IMG/VR virus record: IMGVR_UViG_3300017430_000001
Coordinates: 1-57,102 of that record
Origin: a virus
Reading direction: 5' to 3' (one strand)
Length of the DNA stretch: 57,102 nucleotides
Positions 41,301 to 49,946 of this stretch are shown here, in pieces; position 1 is the stretch's first letter, and each line of letters begins with the position of its first letter. Both the position numbers and the translations under genes were made by a program. The notes below the pieces were generated by a model. The model had not been told where the DNA came from. It saw only the letters and a program-made list of their open reading frames with translations, and searched no databases.

Positions 41301-41921
41301 GCGGGCGTGCCTCGTAACATTGACATTGCCGTAAACGCGGACCCCGCTATTCAAGCGCTTAATGAATTCGCCGCACGGGCACAGGCTCAAATGGGCGGAC
41401 TCGGCAACTCTTTGGGTCAATCCCTTGGTGCAGGCATGGGTTCGGGATTCAACTCGGAGCTAAGCAAGATTCTCGCTGAAGCAGCTACGGGCCTTACAAG
41501 TGCTGCCACAAGTGCTCTTCGGATTCTTGACCCCCGATACCGAGCAAATGGCGGGGGTTCCGGGACACGTAACGGTTTTGCCAATGGCGGATACACGGGT
41601 GCAGGCGGGAAGTACGAACCCGCAGGTATCGTGCACCGGGGTGAGTACGTTGTGCCGAAGCACCAGGTCAACCAACGTACGGGTCTTCCCTATGCGGATG
41701 CCCTCGGCAAACTTCAAAAGGGTAGCCCAGGACGTTCAGGATATTCGGGCGGGGGCTTTGTATCGGGTGGCGGTTTTAACGGCATCATCCAAGGTCTTTC
41801 CCCAATGGCTATGCAGCAATTCATGGCGGCGCTGCAAAACAACGTATACGTCGGAAATCAGCAAGTAGCTAATGCCGCAAACACCGCAAACGCACAGGCA
41901 ACGAACACGGGAGCGTGGTAA
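38313..41921 (+). CDS. Tape measure protein
   Basis: 1202 aa, Ala-rich with hydrophobic segments, C-terminal GGYTGAGGKYEPAGIVHRGEYVVP motif. Confidence 0.9.
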   Translation: MADANLDILLRLAVQGAKGSKQELEGVLKTTEELSRQGKITEKTLESTTKAVNRALSSSTSGLTKQERAFIQQDRIYTNYLEKQESGYRKQDAIYSDYLQKQESGYRKQDAIYNSYMEAQYRADAKRAQSLERLGTVFEKSETRSQNALLKTQQAELSLNRERSRRDNKAASAAWDAEFKALSNTADAANKTKRVYAGLESGSAALRYANYDIANTMFTVAGAFTAAGAAAAVAFASQEAAFTTVERIVGGSASEVAKLREELQTLSTEIPRSFNDLSSVASLGAALDIPARSLDEFTRVVATFAATTGVTEEAAATGFGRIAQYLKVPAEEFDKLGSAILKAGNISVATEEQVLKFTQTLAPAAARVGFATDETIALGAALASFGNINVEGAGSALSRITNQIERATAIGGEELDRFALAAGMSAEQFRIAWESDAGGTFNAILKGIGGVENLTIALDNLGIRNERDRRVVQALAQNYGSFSKILGDTSDAWREGTYMSEAYGLVLDDLNSKWQIFVNAVTNAAAAVGSAAGPALKDLLDISTQLLVKLADFAGSGAGQAMIRFATGVGLVVTAYVALRGAIALATGTQLALNFASAQLGGAGIMAGIRAYITALGGVTGAATRATLATRAIGVAARGAVAAVAIAAATVPGFFDVLVSAAKTAGAAMGVAATGVIKGIFFILSRAIDGVVQFAGIAAQAFADVVSIIDGGAAKQAVSGWLKDASANALAFGSTVDYAFNAAVSDVAKYGKETGDNWNKMLAGFQSNTEDSTANVDDLLGSLEDLGTDGSDALDDLGGSAQKNLRTLADYAGDLSGVISRAFEIRYNPGATLDAIATSFQSIRDAADDAAKNIRTLKADIQGLESDLNIQQRFLNIALEYRDYDRAQAIQANIAKLQAELADKAAELSKEQDTNSKTLEGNSRAAVANRTTVRDLVSQYQAHINALASSGLSQEELARQTEVLRQDFINQATQLGFNRNELALYEQGFRDVSVAIAGVPRNIDIAVNADPAIQALNEFAARAQAQMGGLGNSLGQSLGAGMGSGFNSELSKILAEAATGLTSAATSALRILDPRYRANGGGSGTRNGFANGGYTGAGGKYEPAGIVHRGEYVVPKHQVNQRTGLPYADALGKLQKGSPGRSGYSGGGFVSGGGFNGIIQGLSPMAMQQFMAALQNNVYVGNQQVANAANTANAQATNTGAW
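38529..38681 (+). repeat. About 2.8 tandem copies of a 54-bp (18-aa) unit inside the tape measure gene
   Basis: QDRIYTNYLEKQESGYRK / QDAIYSDYLQKQESGYRK / QDAIYNSYMEAQYR. Confidence 0.8.
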
Positions 41922-42895
41922 TGGTTCGCTTAACCCGTAAGAACTTCTGGCTGGATGTAGAGGGCGGCTGGAAAGGCTGGATTCGTACCCCCAACCGCGG
42001 TGCTGATTCCTCCCCCACCGGCTGGGCAGTCGATGGAACCCTGCTCAACGGCGGTGGTTATGCGCTGAACTCGTTTGGCTCTCACAAGCGTTACACCTAC
42101 GCCTGGCCGGATTCATCCCCCCGGCAAGAAGCTCAGTTTATGAAGAGCCTGGCGGATGGCACATACGGACGCGGGCTTATCCACTTCATTGAACCCACCC
42201 TTTACGACCAGAACATTCTCCCCGCCCGGGTGGCAGACCCCTCAATGGCCGTGGATGACGAAGGTGCATCCCTGGTCTACGGCTACGATCCTTCGGGGGT
42301 GGTAACAAGCGGGTGGGAAACGAACCTTCTACCGCTCACCTCGGCATACTACAATCTCTTCAATGTTGAAACGGGTTACCGCGGATCGTCCGACACTGTT
42401 TATGTGCCGATTCCCGAAGGGTACACGCTTTTCCTTGGTGCGTTCTATTCAGCTACGGGTTCAGGCGGTATCTTTGCCCGGGAGGTGCTATCCAATGGCG
42501 TTGAGGGTTCAGACACAACCCTTACACCTTTGTCTAATGACTCATCCGTTGTAACTGCGGATTCTTTTTCGGGTATTCGCGGCATTCGTATTTGGCTGGG
42601 TAAAACGGTTTCAGGTGCGGCAACGGTAACCGCCACGGCTCTTATTGGTAGACTGGTAAAGAGCGAGATTCTTAATTCCGCTTTGGGCTACGGTGAGGGT
42701 GGGTATGGCGAAGAACCTTACGGCGGCGTATACCTTCCCGAATGGGTCACGGCGGGGCCTTGGGTTGGCGGTATGGGGCACAGTGGGTGCCGGTTCGTCG
42801 GTAAGCCCTCATTCGTCTCTAATACAGGCGTAAACGGCGGTCAAGTCGGTTATTCCGCAACCTTCCAAGAAGTAGGCTCGTGGCTATCGGGCTAG
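41915..42895 (+). CDS. Distal tail protein (Dit-like) minor tail protein
   Basis: First gene after the tape measure gene; 326 aa. Confidence 0.55.
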   Translation: MVMVRLTRKNFWLDVEGGWKGWIRTPNRGADSSPTGWAVDGTLLNGGGYALNSFGSHKRYTYAWPDSSPRQEAQFMKSLADGTYGRGLIHFIEPTLYDQNILPARVADPSMAVDDEGASLVYGYDPSGVVTSGWETNLLPLTSAYYNLFNVETGYRGSSDTVYVPIPEGYTLFLGAFYSATGSGGIFAREVLSNGVEGSDTTLTPLSNDSSVVTADSFSGIRGIRIWLGKTVSGAATVTATALIGRLVKSEILNSALGYGEGGYGEEPYGGVYLPEWVTAGPWVGGMGHSGCRFVGKPSFVSNTGVNGGQVGYSATFQEVGSWLSG

Positions 42896-42905
42896 GGGAG
42901 AAGTA

Positions 42906-44576
42906 ATGGGTTTTCGAGTTGATATCGGTGGCAAGGTCTATGAGGCGCAGGACTGGAACGTTCAAGAGGCGGCTACACCTCTCGCGGCGGGGGATTCTTC
43001 CGGTTCTACAGGGTCCATTGACCTGACCTTCCCCGTTATCGACTCCCAAATTCTTCCCGATCACCCCGTCAACATTTTCGGCCCTGAGTGGTTTATCGAC
43101 CAAGAAGTTCGCCTGGCGGATTCTCGTAAAGGCTTCACTCTCGGCAAAGTTGAGTCGGTGCGCCGCGGGGACCAGCAAGGGACTTACACGCTGTCCTGTG
43201 CCACCCGGCTGGGAGAACTAAACGTTTACGGTGTTCAAGCTCAACCTTTTGTGGGTACGCTCCGTAACGCCTTCATCTATTACCTGTCTTTGGCTAACAT
43301 TTCGACCGACCTCTTCATTGACGACGTTATTGGTGACCGGCCCGTTGTATTTCCGGGGTGGAACGGGGAACTATGGTTCCACCTGAAAGAGATGGCCGTT
43401 TCCCAGGACTGCGACATCTCCCTAGTATCGGGAATTATACTACTTCGACCCATCCGCGCCCGTGTAGCAACGCGAGGTCGCGATATTGACCGCAGCCGGG
43501 ATATCGGTGGTGGAACGCTTGCACGAGCGGTTGAGGTCTACCGGTACGCTGCGGAGCCCATCACCAACGAACTGGTTTACCCCCCCGGGGGGTGGGAACC
43601 CGAGACGCAGGTTCTCAATGTTAACGCAGGTGAAGAGTCCGAGTACGTTCTAGAACTTTCATCCTCCGTTGGCTCCATCCAACAACCCGTGATGGGCACA
43701 TTTGTGGCCGAGGACTACGATTTATCCTCCGTATATACGGTAGTCGCAAATGACGGCCTCCCGGTATCCCCCGCGGCATGGTTTAACAATGGGGGCTCAC
43801 TGACTGTCTCCATTGAGCCCGATACCGTCTCACTGCGAGTAAAACTCCGGGGTCCCACCAACCTTCCCACCGTTTCGGGTGGTCCCGCAACCAATTTTCA
43901 AGTTGCGCTTGCCTCCGACACCACGGGTAACAGGTACTCAACGCTTCGGATTGTCGGTACGGGTGTTCGCTTCGATAAACAGAAAATCACTGTTCGCACT
44001 ACCGTTCCACCCAGTAAAACGGCAACTGAGATTGGCGTAACGGTAGATAATATCTTCATTAACACAATTGACGATGCTTACCGGGCGGGTACTCGGGCCG
44101 CAAAACGCTTCAGTGGTTATTCCCCCACCCTTTCAGGTAGCGTTACGGCCATCAACCGCCGTGGGGATTCGGGGGTTGCGGACTACCCCACCTACGGAGA
44201 GGTAAGAACTATTCTCAACGAGGAACTAGCCGCCCCCTCTTATGGTGAAGTTCAGGACTACTACACGAATAGCCTGGGACTTTCCACCTATTACGATGTG
44301 GACCAGTATTGGTTTTCTTTTGTTCGGGACTCCGCTGTCAACCAGGTCTTTGGCAATGTTCAGGGGTGCCGTATCTACGACCGTAAATCACGTCGGTGGT
44401 ACCGTATTCGTACAGGCACGCTCACCCCTCCCAACATTCAGCAATTTGAAGCAGATGACGACTTAATCTTTGCGGATATTGAAGAGTTTTTCATCGACAA
44501 GACTTACGGTGACGTGCAATTACCCCGAACAGGTTTGACCTATAAACAGGAGCAAATGGCGGGTCTTTATGGCTGA
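42906..44576 (+). CDS. Minor tail protein (Tal/baseplate hub-like)
   Basis: Second gene after the tape measure gene; 556 aa. Confidence 0.5.
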   Translation: MGFRVDIGGKVYEAQDWNVQEAATPLAAGDSSGSTGSIDLTFPVIDSQILPDHPVNIFGPEWFIDQEVRLADSRKGFTLGKVESVRRGDQQGTYTLSCATRLGELNVYGVQAQPFVGTLRNAFIYYLSLANISTDLFIDDVIGDRPVVFPGWNGELWFHLKEMAVSQDCDISLVSGIILLRPIRARVATRGRDIDRSRDIGGGTLARAVEVYRYAAEPITNELVYPPGGWEPETQVLNVNAGEESEYVLELSSSVGSIQQPVMGTFVAEDYDLSSVYTVVANDGLPVSPAAWFNNGGSLTVSIEPDTVSLRVKLRGPTNLPTVSGGPATNFQVALASDTTGNRYSTLRIVGTGVRFDKQKITVRTTVPPSKTATEIGVTVDNIFINTIDDAYRAGTRAAKRFSGYSPTLSGSVTAINRRGDSGVADYPTYGEVRTILNEELAAPSYGEVQDYYTNSLGLSTYYDVDQYWFSFVRDSAVNQVFGNVQGCRIYDRKSRRWYRIRTGTLTPPNIQQFEADDDLIFADIEEFFIDKTYGDVQLPRTGLTYKQEQMAGLYG

Positions 44577-45606
44577 CGTATTCCCGCGCCGGAACTTAGG
44601 CTCAGGTGAATATTGGGGCCGGACGGTAGAAACGCGTATTCAGTCGGTAGAGAAGAAAAAGGGTTACGCAGACCTTACCCAAGCGGGCACGAACCGGGGT
44701 GTTGTTGCTTCCTCATCCGATCTTGCCCGTAACCTGGAATCTCTTCGGCAACAAGCTCTTCAAACGCAAGCACTTATCAATGCCACCCCCGCTACGGGCA
44801 CGAACGGCTCCTATGCATCTAACTTTTCCCTCTCTCCCGGGTGGCAGACCGTCCTTGTCACAGCAATCCCCGAGGTTAACGGACGACCCGTTCTCGATAT
44901 TTTCGCTACCGCGGTCGTTAGAATTGTCGATCCCGGAACGGGGGGTGGTTCTGGGGGCGGAGGGTTTCGGTGGCCCTTTCCCACCTCTACTGTAACGAGC
45001 GAATACGGCCCCCGCGATGGCCGAATGCACCAGGGTATTGACTTCGGAGTCCCCGAGGGTACCCCCATTCCCGCGTCCAACGCAGGTACTGTTACCGGTA
45101 ACGGATTCGGCAGCGGCACCGGATGGTATGTCGATATCACCCACCCCGGTAACATTAAAACACGCTATTTCCACATGGTTGCGCAATCAGATGTAGCAAT
45201 TGGGACCGTTGTATCCAAAAGCCAGGTAATTGGGTTTGTAGGCAACACCGGTAACTCTTTCGGCGCTCACCTTCACTGGGAGACTATTGTGAACGGGAGT
45301 CACTGGAATCCCCGAGACTTTATGTCCGTTTATGGTGATGGTGGGTCGGGTGGCGGTTCGTCGGGTCCATCTTACGCACGACCTAAGGCAAGAATCTTTC
45401 TTAACGGTATGCCTTCTTTTGATTTCTTTCCGCATCGTGACTTGGCCGCAAACTCCGTGACGCTGAATCAGCTTTTTCCGATTCACGCGCTTAGAATTAC
45501 GGGAGGCCAAATGGACGCAGAACTGCAAGTTTTCTCCGAGACGAATGTGCCCGCGAACGCTGGTAACTTTGCCCGCCTTACGATGGAGGGTGTTTTTAAC
45601 CCGTGA
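44569..45606 (+). CDS. Minor tail protein with an M23 (LytM) peptidase domain
   Basis: HQGIDFGVPEGTPI (HxxxD) and GAHLHWET (HxH); preceded by a Gly-rich linker. Confidence 0.75.
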   Translation: MADVFPRRNLGSGEYWGRTVETRIQSVEKKKGYADLTQAGTNRGVVASSSDLARNLESLRQQALQTQALINATPATGTNGSYASNFSLSPGWQTVLVTAIPEVNGRPVLDIFATAVVRIVDPGTGGGSGGGGFRWPFPTSTVTSEYGPRDGRMHQGIDFGVPEGTPIPASNAGTVTGNGFGSGTGWYVDITHPGNIKTRYFHMVAQSDVAIGTVVSKSQVIGFVGNTGNSFGAHLHWETIVNGSHWNPRDFMSVYGDGGSGGGSSGPSYARPKARIFLNGMPSFDFFPHRDLAANSVTLNQLFPIHALRITGGQMDAELQVFSETNVPANAGNFARLTMEGVFNP

Positions 45607-46238
45607 ACCCCAAAGACGTTTTTCCCCGTCGTAATCTTGGCCCGTCTGATGAATGGGCTAGAGCCGTTGAAGACAGAATTCGAGACCTTGAATACGCTGT
45701 TCTAGGCCAAAGCACGAACCTTAAAAGCGATAATCGAGCCAACTCATCTAACTTTCAGGAACTCGCACGTCAGCTTGTGCAATTGCGCGCCCTTCAGGCT
45801 CAAAACGAGGCTGCAATTCGGGCTATTCCCAAGACGTTGCAGTCCCTTGATTCCGCCGCCAATTTCTCTTTGGGTGCGGGCTGGAACACGGTGGTATCTA
45901 CCTCGATTACGGTCCCTCAGGGTGTGAATTACGTTCGTCTTGCCGCTTACGGTTCGGGTCAAGTCGTAAGCACTACCACCACTCAAAACGTGGAGACACA
46001 GTACCGAGTAGTCGTCCCGGGTATCGGTGAGCAGCCTCCCGCCCCTGGACCTTGGGCTGTCGGCTACGGAGATTTCCGTACAATCCTTCTCCCGTCTTAC
46101 GCCTGGGAAGCGTCTGTAAGTCCGGGACAAATCCTTACAGCACAGTTTCAAGTGCTACCCACAGACCCCGGGGCGTATTCCGCGCCTAACGGGGATTCCT
46201 ACGCCATCATTACCCTCCGTGCAACTTTCACAGGGTGA
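45603..46238 (+). CDS. Minor tail protein sharing its N-terminal domain with the M23 protein
   Basis: KDVFPRRNLGPSDEWARAVEDRI.. parallels ADVFPRRNLGSGEYWGRTVETRI.. Confidence 0.55.
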   Translation: MNPKDVFPRRNLGPSDEWARAVEDRIRDLEYAVLGQSTNLKSDNRANSSNFQELARQLVQLRALQAQNEAAIRAIPKTLQSLDSAANFSLGAGWNTVVSTSITVPQGVNYVRLAAYGSGQVVSTTTTQNVETQYRVVVPGIGEQPPAPGPWAVGYGDFRTILLPSYAWEASVSPGQILTAQFQVLPTDPGAYSAPNGDSYAIITLRATFTG

Positions 46239-46239
46239 T

Positions 46240-46258
46240 GCTGGTAAAATTGATTAGG
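46240..46258 (+). promoter_or_regulatory. Extended -10-like TGGTAAAAT
   Basis: gcTGGTAAAATtgattAGGAGG, then the ATG at 46272. Confidence 0.35.
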
Positions 46259-46271
46259 AGGACACATACTT

Positions 46272-46796
46272 ATGGCGACTACTAACGGCGACGACCTTTG
46301 GACCCCGGATGCTGGGGATGATTACGCCCTTACTGTGGACCTTGCGGCGTTTGCGGACACGGTACAAACCGGCCTGAACAACCGCGTTAAAAAGTCCGAT
46401 ATGGGGGCGGCAACTTACAACATTGCCTCCAACCAAGTAGCGGATGCATCTATTACGGCTAATGCTGCCACCACCGTTGTACCCGCACAAACCAATAACT
46501 CGGGCTTTGTTATTTCGTCCGCGGGAACTGTTTTCACAGTAACCCCCGGCTATTACAATTGCAGCGCACTTATCAAACTGAACACCGCGGGTACAGGACG
46601 TTGTTTTGTCGAAATCCAAGTTAATGGCGAACTTGTAAATCGTAATACCGTCTTTGCCCCCGAAGACAGCTATGGCGTTAGTGCGGGGTTCTACGTCTCG
46701 GCACAGTCCACGGTGACTGTCCAATTCTTCAAGACCACGGGTGGCGGGGCAAATATTACAGGCCGGGTGGCGCTTATGAAACTGGGCGCGCAGTGA
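46272..46796 (+). CDS. Minor tail protein (fibre tip-like)
   Basis: N-terminal DLWTPDAGDDYALTVDLAAFADTV pattern typical of actinophage minor tail proteins. Confidence 0.5.
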   Translation: MATTNGDDLWTPDAGDDYALTVDLAAFADTVQTGLNNRVKKSDMGAATYNIASNQVADASITANAATTVVPAQTNNSGFVISSAGTVFTVTPGYYNCSALIKLNTAGTGRCFVEIQVNGELVNRNTVFAPEDSYGVSAGFYVSAQSTVTVQFFKTTGGGANITGRVALMKLGAQ

Positions 46797-47677
46797 TCGG
46801 CATTGAAGGCACAGTTCCTCTAAACGGCGGAAGGGGACGTGCAACCCCGCAGTGTCAATGGTCGATCCACCGTATTGATGCGCAACTAGGCCGGTACTTG
46901 GACATCAACTCCGCCTGGCGTGACCCGCAAGAGCAAGAGCGTTTCTATACCGCTTACCGCGCGTACGTCAATGGTAACGGCCCGTGGGCACCTATTGCAC
47001 TCCCCCCGGAGCAGTCGGTTCACTGCAAGGGTGAGGCAATCGACACAGACGACAACAATGCGTCGATGACCCGTATCCTTAACGACAACGGCTGGTTCCA
47101 CACGGTTTTCCGGGATGGGAAACTTGTCGAGCCGTGGCACTACGAATACGACTATAAGCGAGACAAATATTTCGGTGGCACCCCTGCATCGGGCGGGGAA
47201 GCAACACCTCTACCGCAGGAATGGGATGAAATGGCTACTAAGCAGGAAATTAAGGATGCTCTTTCCGAGGTGATTAGCGCTCGCCCCGCCACTTCGGATA
47301 CGGTAATTATCAGTTACTCGGGTTCTGGGGGGCGTAATGGTGTCTTCCTCGCGGCTCCTGGGTTCTGGCACCAGTTCAGCCCCGAACAGTGGGAACAGTT
47401 TCAGGCTTACGGCGCTCACGCAGGTATCAAGATTATTCGACCCAACAACGACCGAGCCTTTGATATCTTCCTTGAAATCTTTACCAATAACGACAGCCCT
47501 GCAAATGCGGCCCTCCCCGGTAACATCGCAACCGCGGTTCTCGGTGGGCGTGTTCAGGCTCAGGATGCCGCGGGTAACTTCTTGACCCGAGATGGGAAGC
47601 CCCTCACCTTCCCGCTATCCGGGTTTGTCGCCTCCACCAACGCTCAGGTCAACGCAATCTACACCGCCCCAAAATAA
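46793..47677 (+). CDS. Endolysin, M15 (VanY/L-Ala-D-Glu-type) peptidase domain plus a C-terminal domain
   Basis: SAWRDPQEQ, SVHCKGEAIDTDD and EPWHYEY zinc-peptidase motifs. Confidence 0.75.
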   Translation: MIGIEGTVPLNGGRGRATPQCQWSIHRIDAQLGRYLDINSAWRDPQEQERFYTAYRAYVNGNGPWAPIALPPEQSVHCKGEAIDTDDNNASMTRILNDNGWFHTVFRDGKLVEPWHYEYDYKRDKYFGGTPASGGEATPLPQEWDEMATKQEIKDALSEVISARPATSDTVIISYSGSGGRNGVFLAAPGFWHQFSPEQWEQFQAYGAHAGIKIIRPNNDRAFDIFLEIFTNNDSPANAALPGNIATAVLGGRVQAQDAAGNFLTRDGKPLTFPLSGFVASTNAQVNAIYTAPK

Positions 47678-47691
47678 GTAACCCTAGCCAA

Positions 47692-48138
47692 TTGGACGTT
47701 CCGATAAACGGGACAACCACCCGGCTAGGGAAACGGCAGTTGGATATTGCAATCGCTATCATTCGAGGTGCGTACTCGCGTAATCTCGGGGTCGCAGGTG
47801 CGAAAGTCGGGCTTATGACGGCTCTGCAAGAATCGGGCCTTCGTATGTACGCGAACATGAACGTACCTGAATCCCTGAACTACCCGCATGACGCCGTAGG
47901 CTCCGATTACGATTCGCTTAACCCGTTCCAACAGAGGGTTAAGTATTGGGGCACGGTAGCGCAATTGATGAACCTCGATTACGCCATTAACGCCTTCTAC
48001 GCCGCTTTGGTTCGAGTACCCGGGTGGGCTGTTATGCGTCCAGGTGTTGCCGCTCAGCGAGTTCAGGTAAGTGCTTACCCCGATGCGTACGCCAAGTGGG
48101 AACAAGCCGCTGACACACTTCTTGATACACTTAAATAG
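47692..48138 (+). CDS. Possible second lysin component (lytic transglycosylase-like)
   Basis: MTALQESGL (E-S motif) and its position between the peptidase and the holin. Confidence 0.35.
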   Translation: MDVPINGTTTRLGKRQLDIAIAIIRGAYSRNLGVAGAKVGLMTALQESGLRMYANMNVPESLNYPHDAVGSDYDSLNPFQQRVKYWGTVAQLMNLDYAINAFYAALVRVPGWAVMRPGVAAQRVQVSAYPDAYAKWEQAADTLLDTLK

Positions 48139-48149
48139 GAAAGGTAATT

Positions 48150-48428
48150 ATGGCTGATTCAAGTCTAGGAACGGTTATCACTAACCCGAACGTCCGCAAG
48201 GTTATCTACGGCATCTACATTGTTGCCGGTGTAATCCTTGGCGCTGTACAGGTCGCATTCGCGGCTATCGAAGGGGCGGGCCAGCCCGATTGGCTCACCG
48301 TTAGCCTTGCCGTCTACGCCTTCCTGAGCGTGCCGGTTGGTTCTCTTGCCCTGGTCAACACGACCGCGGGTGAAATCAAGACCTCGGAGGCTATCTACAC
48401 GGGTACGCCGGATTCAGACTTCCGATAG
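48150..48428 (+). CDS. Holin-like membrane protein (2 TM)
   Basis: Two hydrophobic helices and a charged C-terminus; last gene of the lysis cassette. Confidence 0.55.
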   Translation: MADSSLGTVITNPNVRKVIYGIYIVAGVILGAVQVAFAAIEGAGQPDWLTVSLAVYAFLSVPVGSLALVNTTAGEIKTSEAIYTGTPDSDFR

Positions 48429-48539
48429 AGGAAGAGGGGCAATTCGCTACTGCCCACGGTTATAGTGCAGGTCACTAGTAGAAAGGAGCATCCCACTTTG
48501 ACTACCCTGTCATAAGGAGGTGTTCACGTCTACGGCGAA

Positions 48540-48588
48540 GCCCCCAGTCAGGACTCTTACACCTGAAGCTGGGGGCCTTGTCGTTTCT
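48540..48588. terminator. Hairpin at the convergent junction of the two arms
   Basis: GCCCCCAG-N21-CTGGGGGC followed by CTTGTCGTTTCT. Confidence 0.5.
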
Positions 48589-48590
48589 AC

Positions 48591-48719
48591 TTACGGGCGG
48601 GGCGTCACTATCACAGTCGAGACCTCTAGAGACTCCAAATAGAAAAAAGCAATCCCCGCAATAAGGCCAGCGATAAAGACGAGAATAACGGCCCCGGTGG
48701 TTTTAAGAATGTCGCTCAT
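48591..48719 (-). CDS. Small membrane protein (42 aa, MSDILKTTGAVILVFIAGLIAGIAFFYL..)
   Basis: ORF track trimmed to an internal ATG. Confidence 0.45.
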   Translation of the reverse strand: MSDILKTTGAVILVFIAGLIAGIAFFYLESLEVSTVIVTPRP

Positions 48720-48730
48720 TTCGTCCCGAG

Positions 48731-49462
48731 TCACGAAATCTCCCTCTGATTGGTGGACGGGGTGCGGGTCGTGCCGTGAGTCCAGTGACCGCAATCCTGA
48801 CACTGATACCGCTGGTACTCGCCCTGAAGACTACGGGCGGTCCCACGCTTCTGAAGGTTGTAGGAAGCGCACGTACGACACCGGTCTTCACCTTCCTTGA
48901 TGGGGTGCGGCATTTTCAGCCAGCCTTGGAGTTTGTAGAACAACTCTTCGAGAAGGTCAACGTCCTGCTTCTGATAACGACGCATTTTCCGCCACGCCGC
49001 CTCATCCCCCGCCATAACGCCCTGCCAGAGTGCGAAACCCCCGGTATCGACCTTCTTGCCGACCCCGAGTTCCTGAGCCACAAAGTCTAGCTTGTTAGAC
49101 GCGAATGCGAACCGCGACTTAGCCAACTTCATCAAGTCGAGTTCTTTGTACGGGGCCGGTGGGGTAAGCCCGTGCTTCACAAACTCCGTGTTCGCTTTCT
49201 TCGTATCGAAGCGCTGCCCGTTCCAAGACACCACCATATCTGCCTCGGTGAGTAAATCGCGGAGTACGGTGAGCATTTCCACGTAGCCCATGCGCTGGTC
49301 GTAGACCTTGGTCGGCTTACCCAGCCACTTAGCCCCGAAGCACAGCATTTCCGAGGGGTTGATGACCATGTTAGCGGGAATGAACTTCGGCCACAACCCC
49401 CAGGAATACACCTCCATCGGCGTGTTCTCCAAATCCCAGCACAGAACGCGAGCATCACTCAA
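48731..49462 (-). CDS. DEDD-type 3'-5' exonuclease (RNase H-like) with a C-terminal Zn ribbon
   Basis: LCWDLEN (DxE), SWNGQRFD, YQKQDVDLL, CRTC..CQDC; TTG start. Confidence 0.6.
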   Translation of the reverse strand: MSDARVLCWDLENTPMEVYSWGLWPKFIPANMVINPSEMLCFGAKWLGKPTKVYDQRMGYVEMLTVLRDLLTEADMVVSWNGQRFDTKKANTEFVKHGLTPPAPYKELDLMKLAKSRFAFASNKLDFVAQELGVGKKVDTGGFALWQGVMAGDEAAWRKMRRYQKQDVDLLEELFYKLQGWLKMPHPIKEGEDRCRTCASYNLQKRGTARSLQGEYQRYQCQDCGHWTHGTTRTPSTNQREIS

Positions 49463-49629
49463 AAGATGACCTCAATCCCTACGGGCTTACCATCAAACCC
49501 CGTGTCGAAGAGGATAGCAACACCCTCAGAATAGGTTGTCAGTTGTTCCGACTTCTTAACCTCGCTGTCGCTAAACTTCAAATACCCTGCGTTTGCATCC
49601 GGGTCGAACGTCCAAATTGGTTCAGTCAT
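49459..49629 (-). CDS. DUF2283-like small protein (56 aa)
   Basis: My translation MTEPIWTFDPDANAGYLKFSD..GVAILFDTGFDGKPVGIEVIF; GGGAGGGG upstream. Confidence 0.5.
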   Translation of the reverse strand: MTEPIWTFDPDANAGYLKFSDSEVKKSEQLTTYSEGVAILFDTGFDGKPVGIEVIF

Positions 49630-49672
49630 TACCCCTCCCGGGTACTAGCCTATCAGGTGCCTCAAAGACACC

Positions 49673-49690
49673 GGTAGTAAAATGGAACTC
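49673..49690 (+). promoter_or_regulatory. -10-like GTAGTAAAATGG upstream of nrdH
   Basis: TAAAAT at 49678-49683. Confidence 0.3.
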
Positions 49691-49715
49691 ACCCCTAAAA
49701 TTCAAAGGAGCCTCC

Positions 49716-49946
49716 TTGGTCACTGTCTACACCAAACCTGGATGCGTTCAGTGCAACGCTACTTACCGCAAACTTAACGAAAACGGGGTGGAGTACCGCG
49801 TAGTCGATATCTCCAAAGACGCCGATGCATTTGCGTACGTGAAGTCGTTAAACCCCGCGTACATGCAGGCACCTATTGTTGTGGCGGGTGAAGATCACTG
49901 GTCCGGGTTCGATCCGAACAAGTTGGATGCTCTTACTGCTGCGTAG
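49716..49946 (+). CDS. nrdH: NrdH-like glutaredoxin (TTG start)
   Basis: VTVYTKPGCVQCNATYRKL.. (CxxC redoxin); AAAGGAG upstream; the only plus-strand gene in this arm. Confidence 0.7.
   Translation: MVTVYTKPGCVQCNATYRKLNENGVEYRVVDISKDADAFAYVKSLNPAYMQAPIVVAGEDHWSGFDPNKLDALTAA

Noticed and set aside
48429-48540. Small ORF after AGGAGG (GTG at about 48520)
   Set aside because: The SD abuts the putative start with no spacer, and the ORF runs through the terminator hairpin. This is more likely just 3' UTR.
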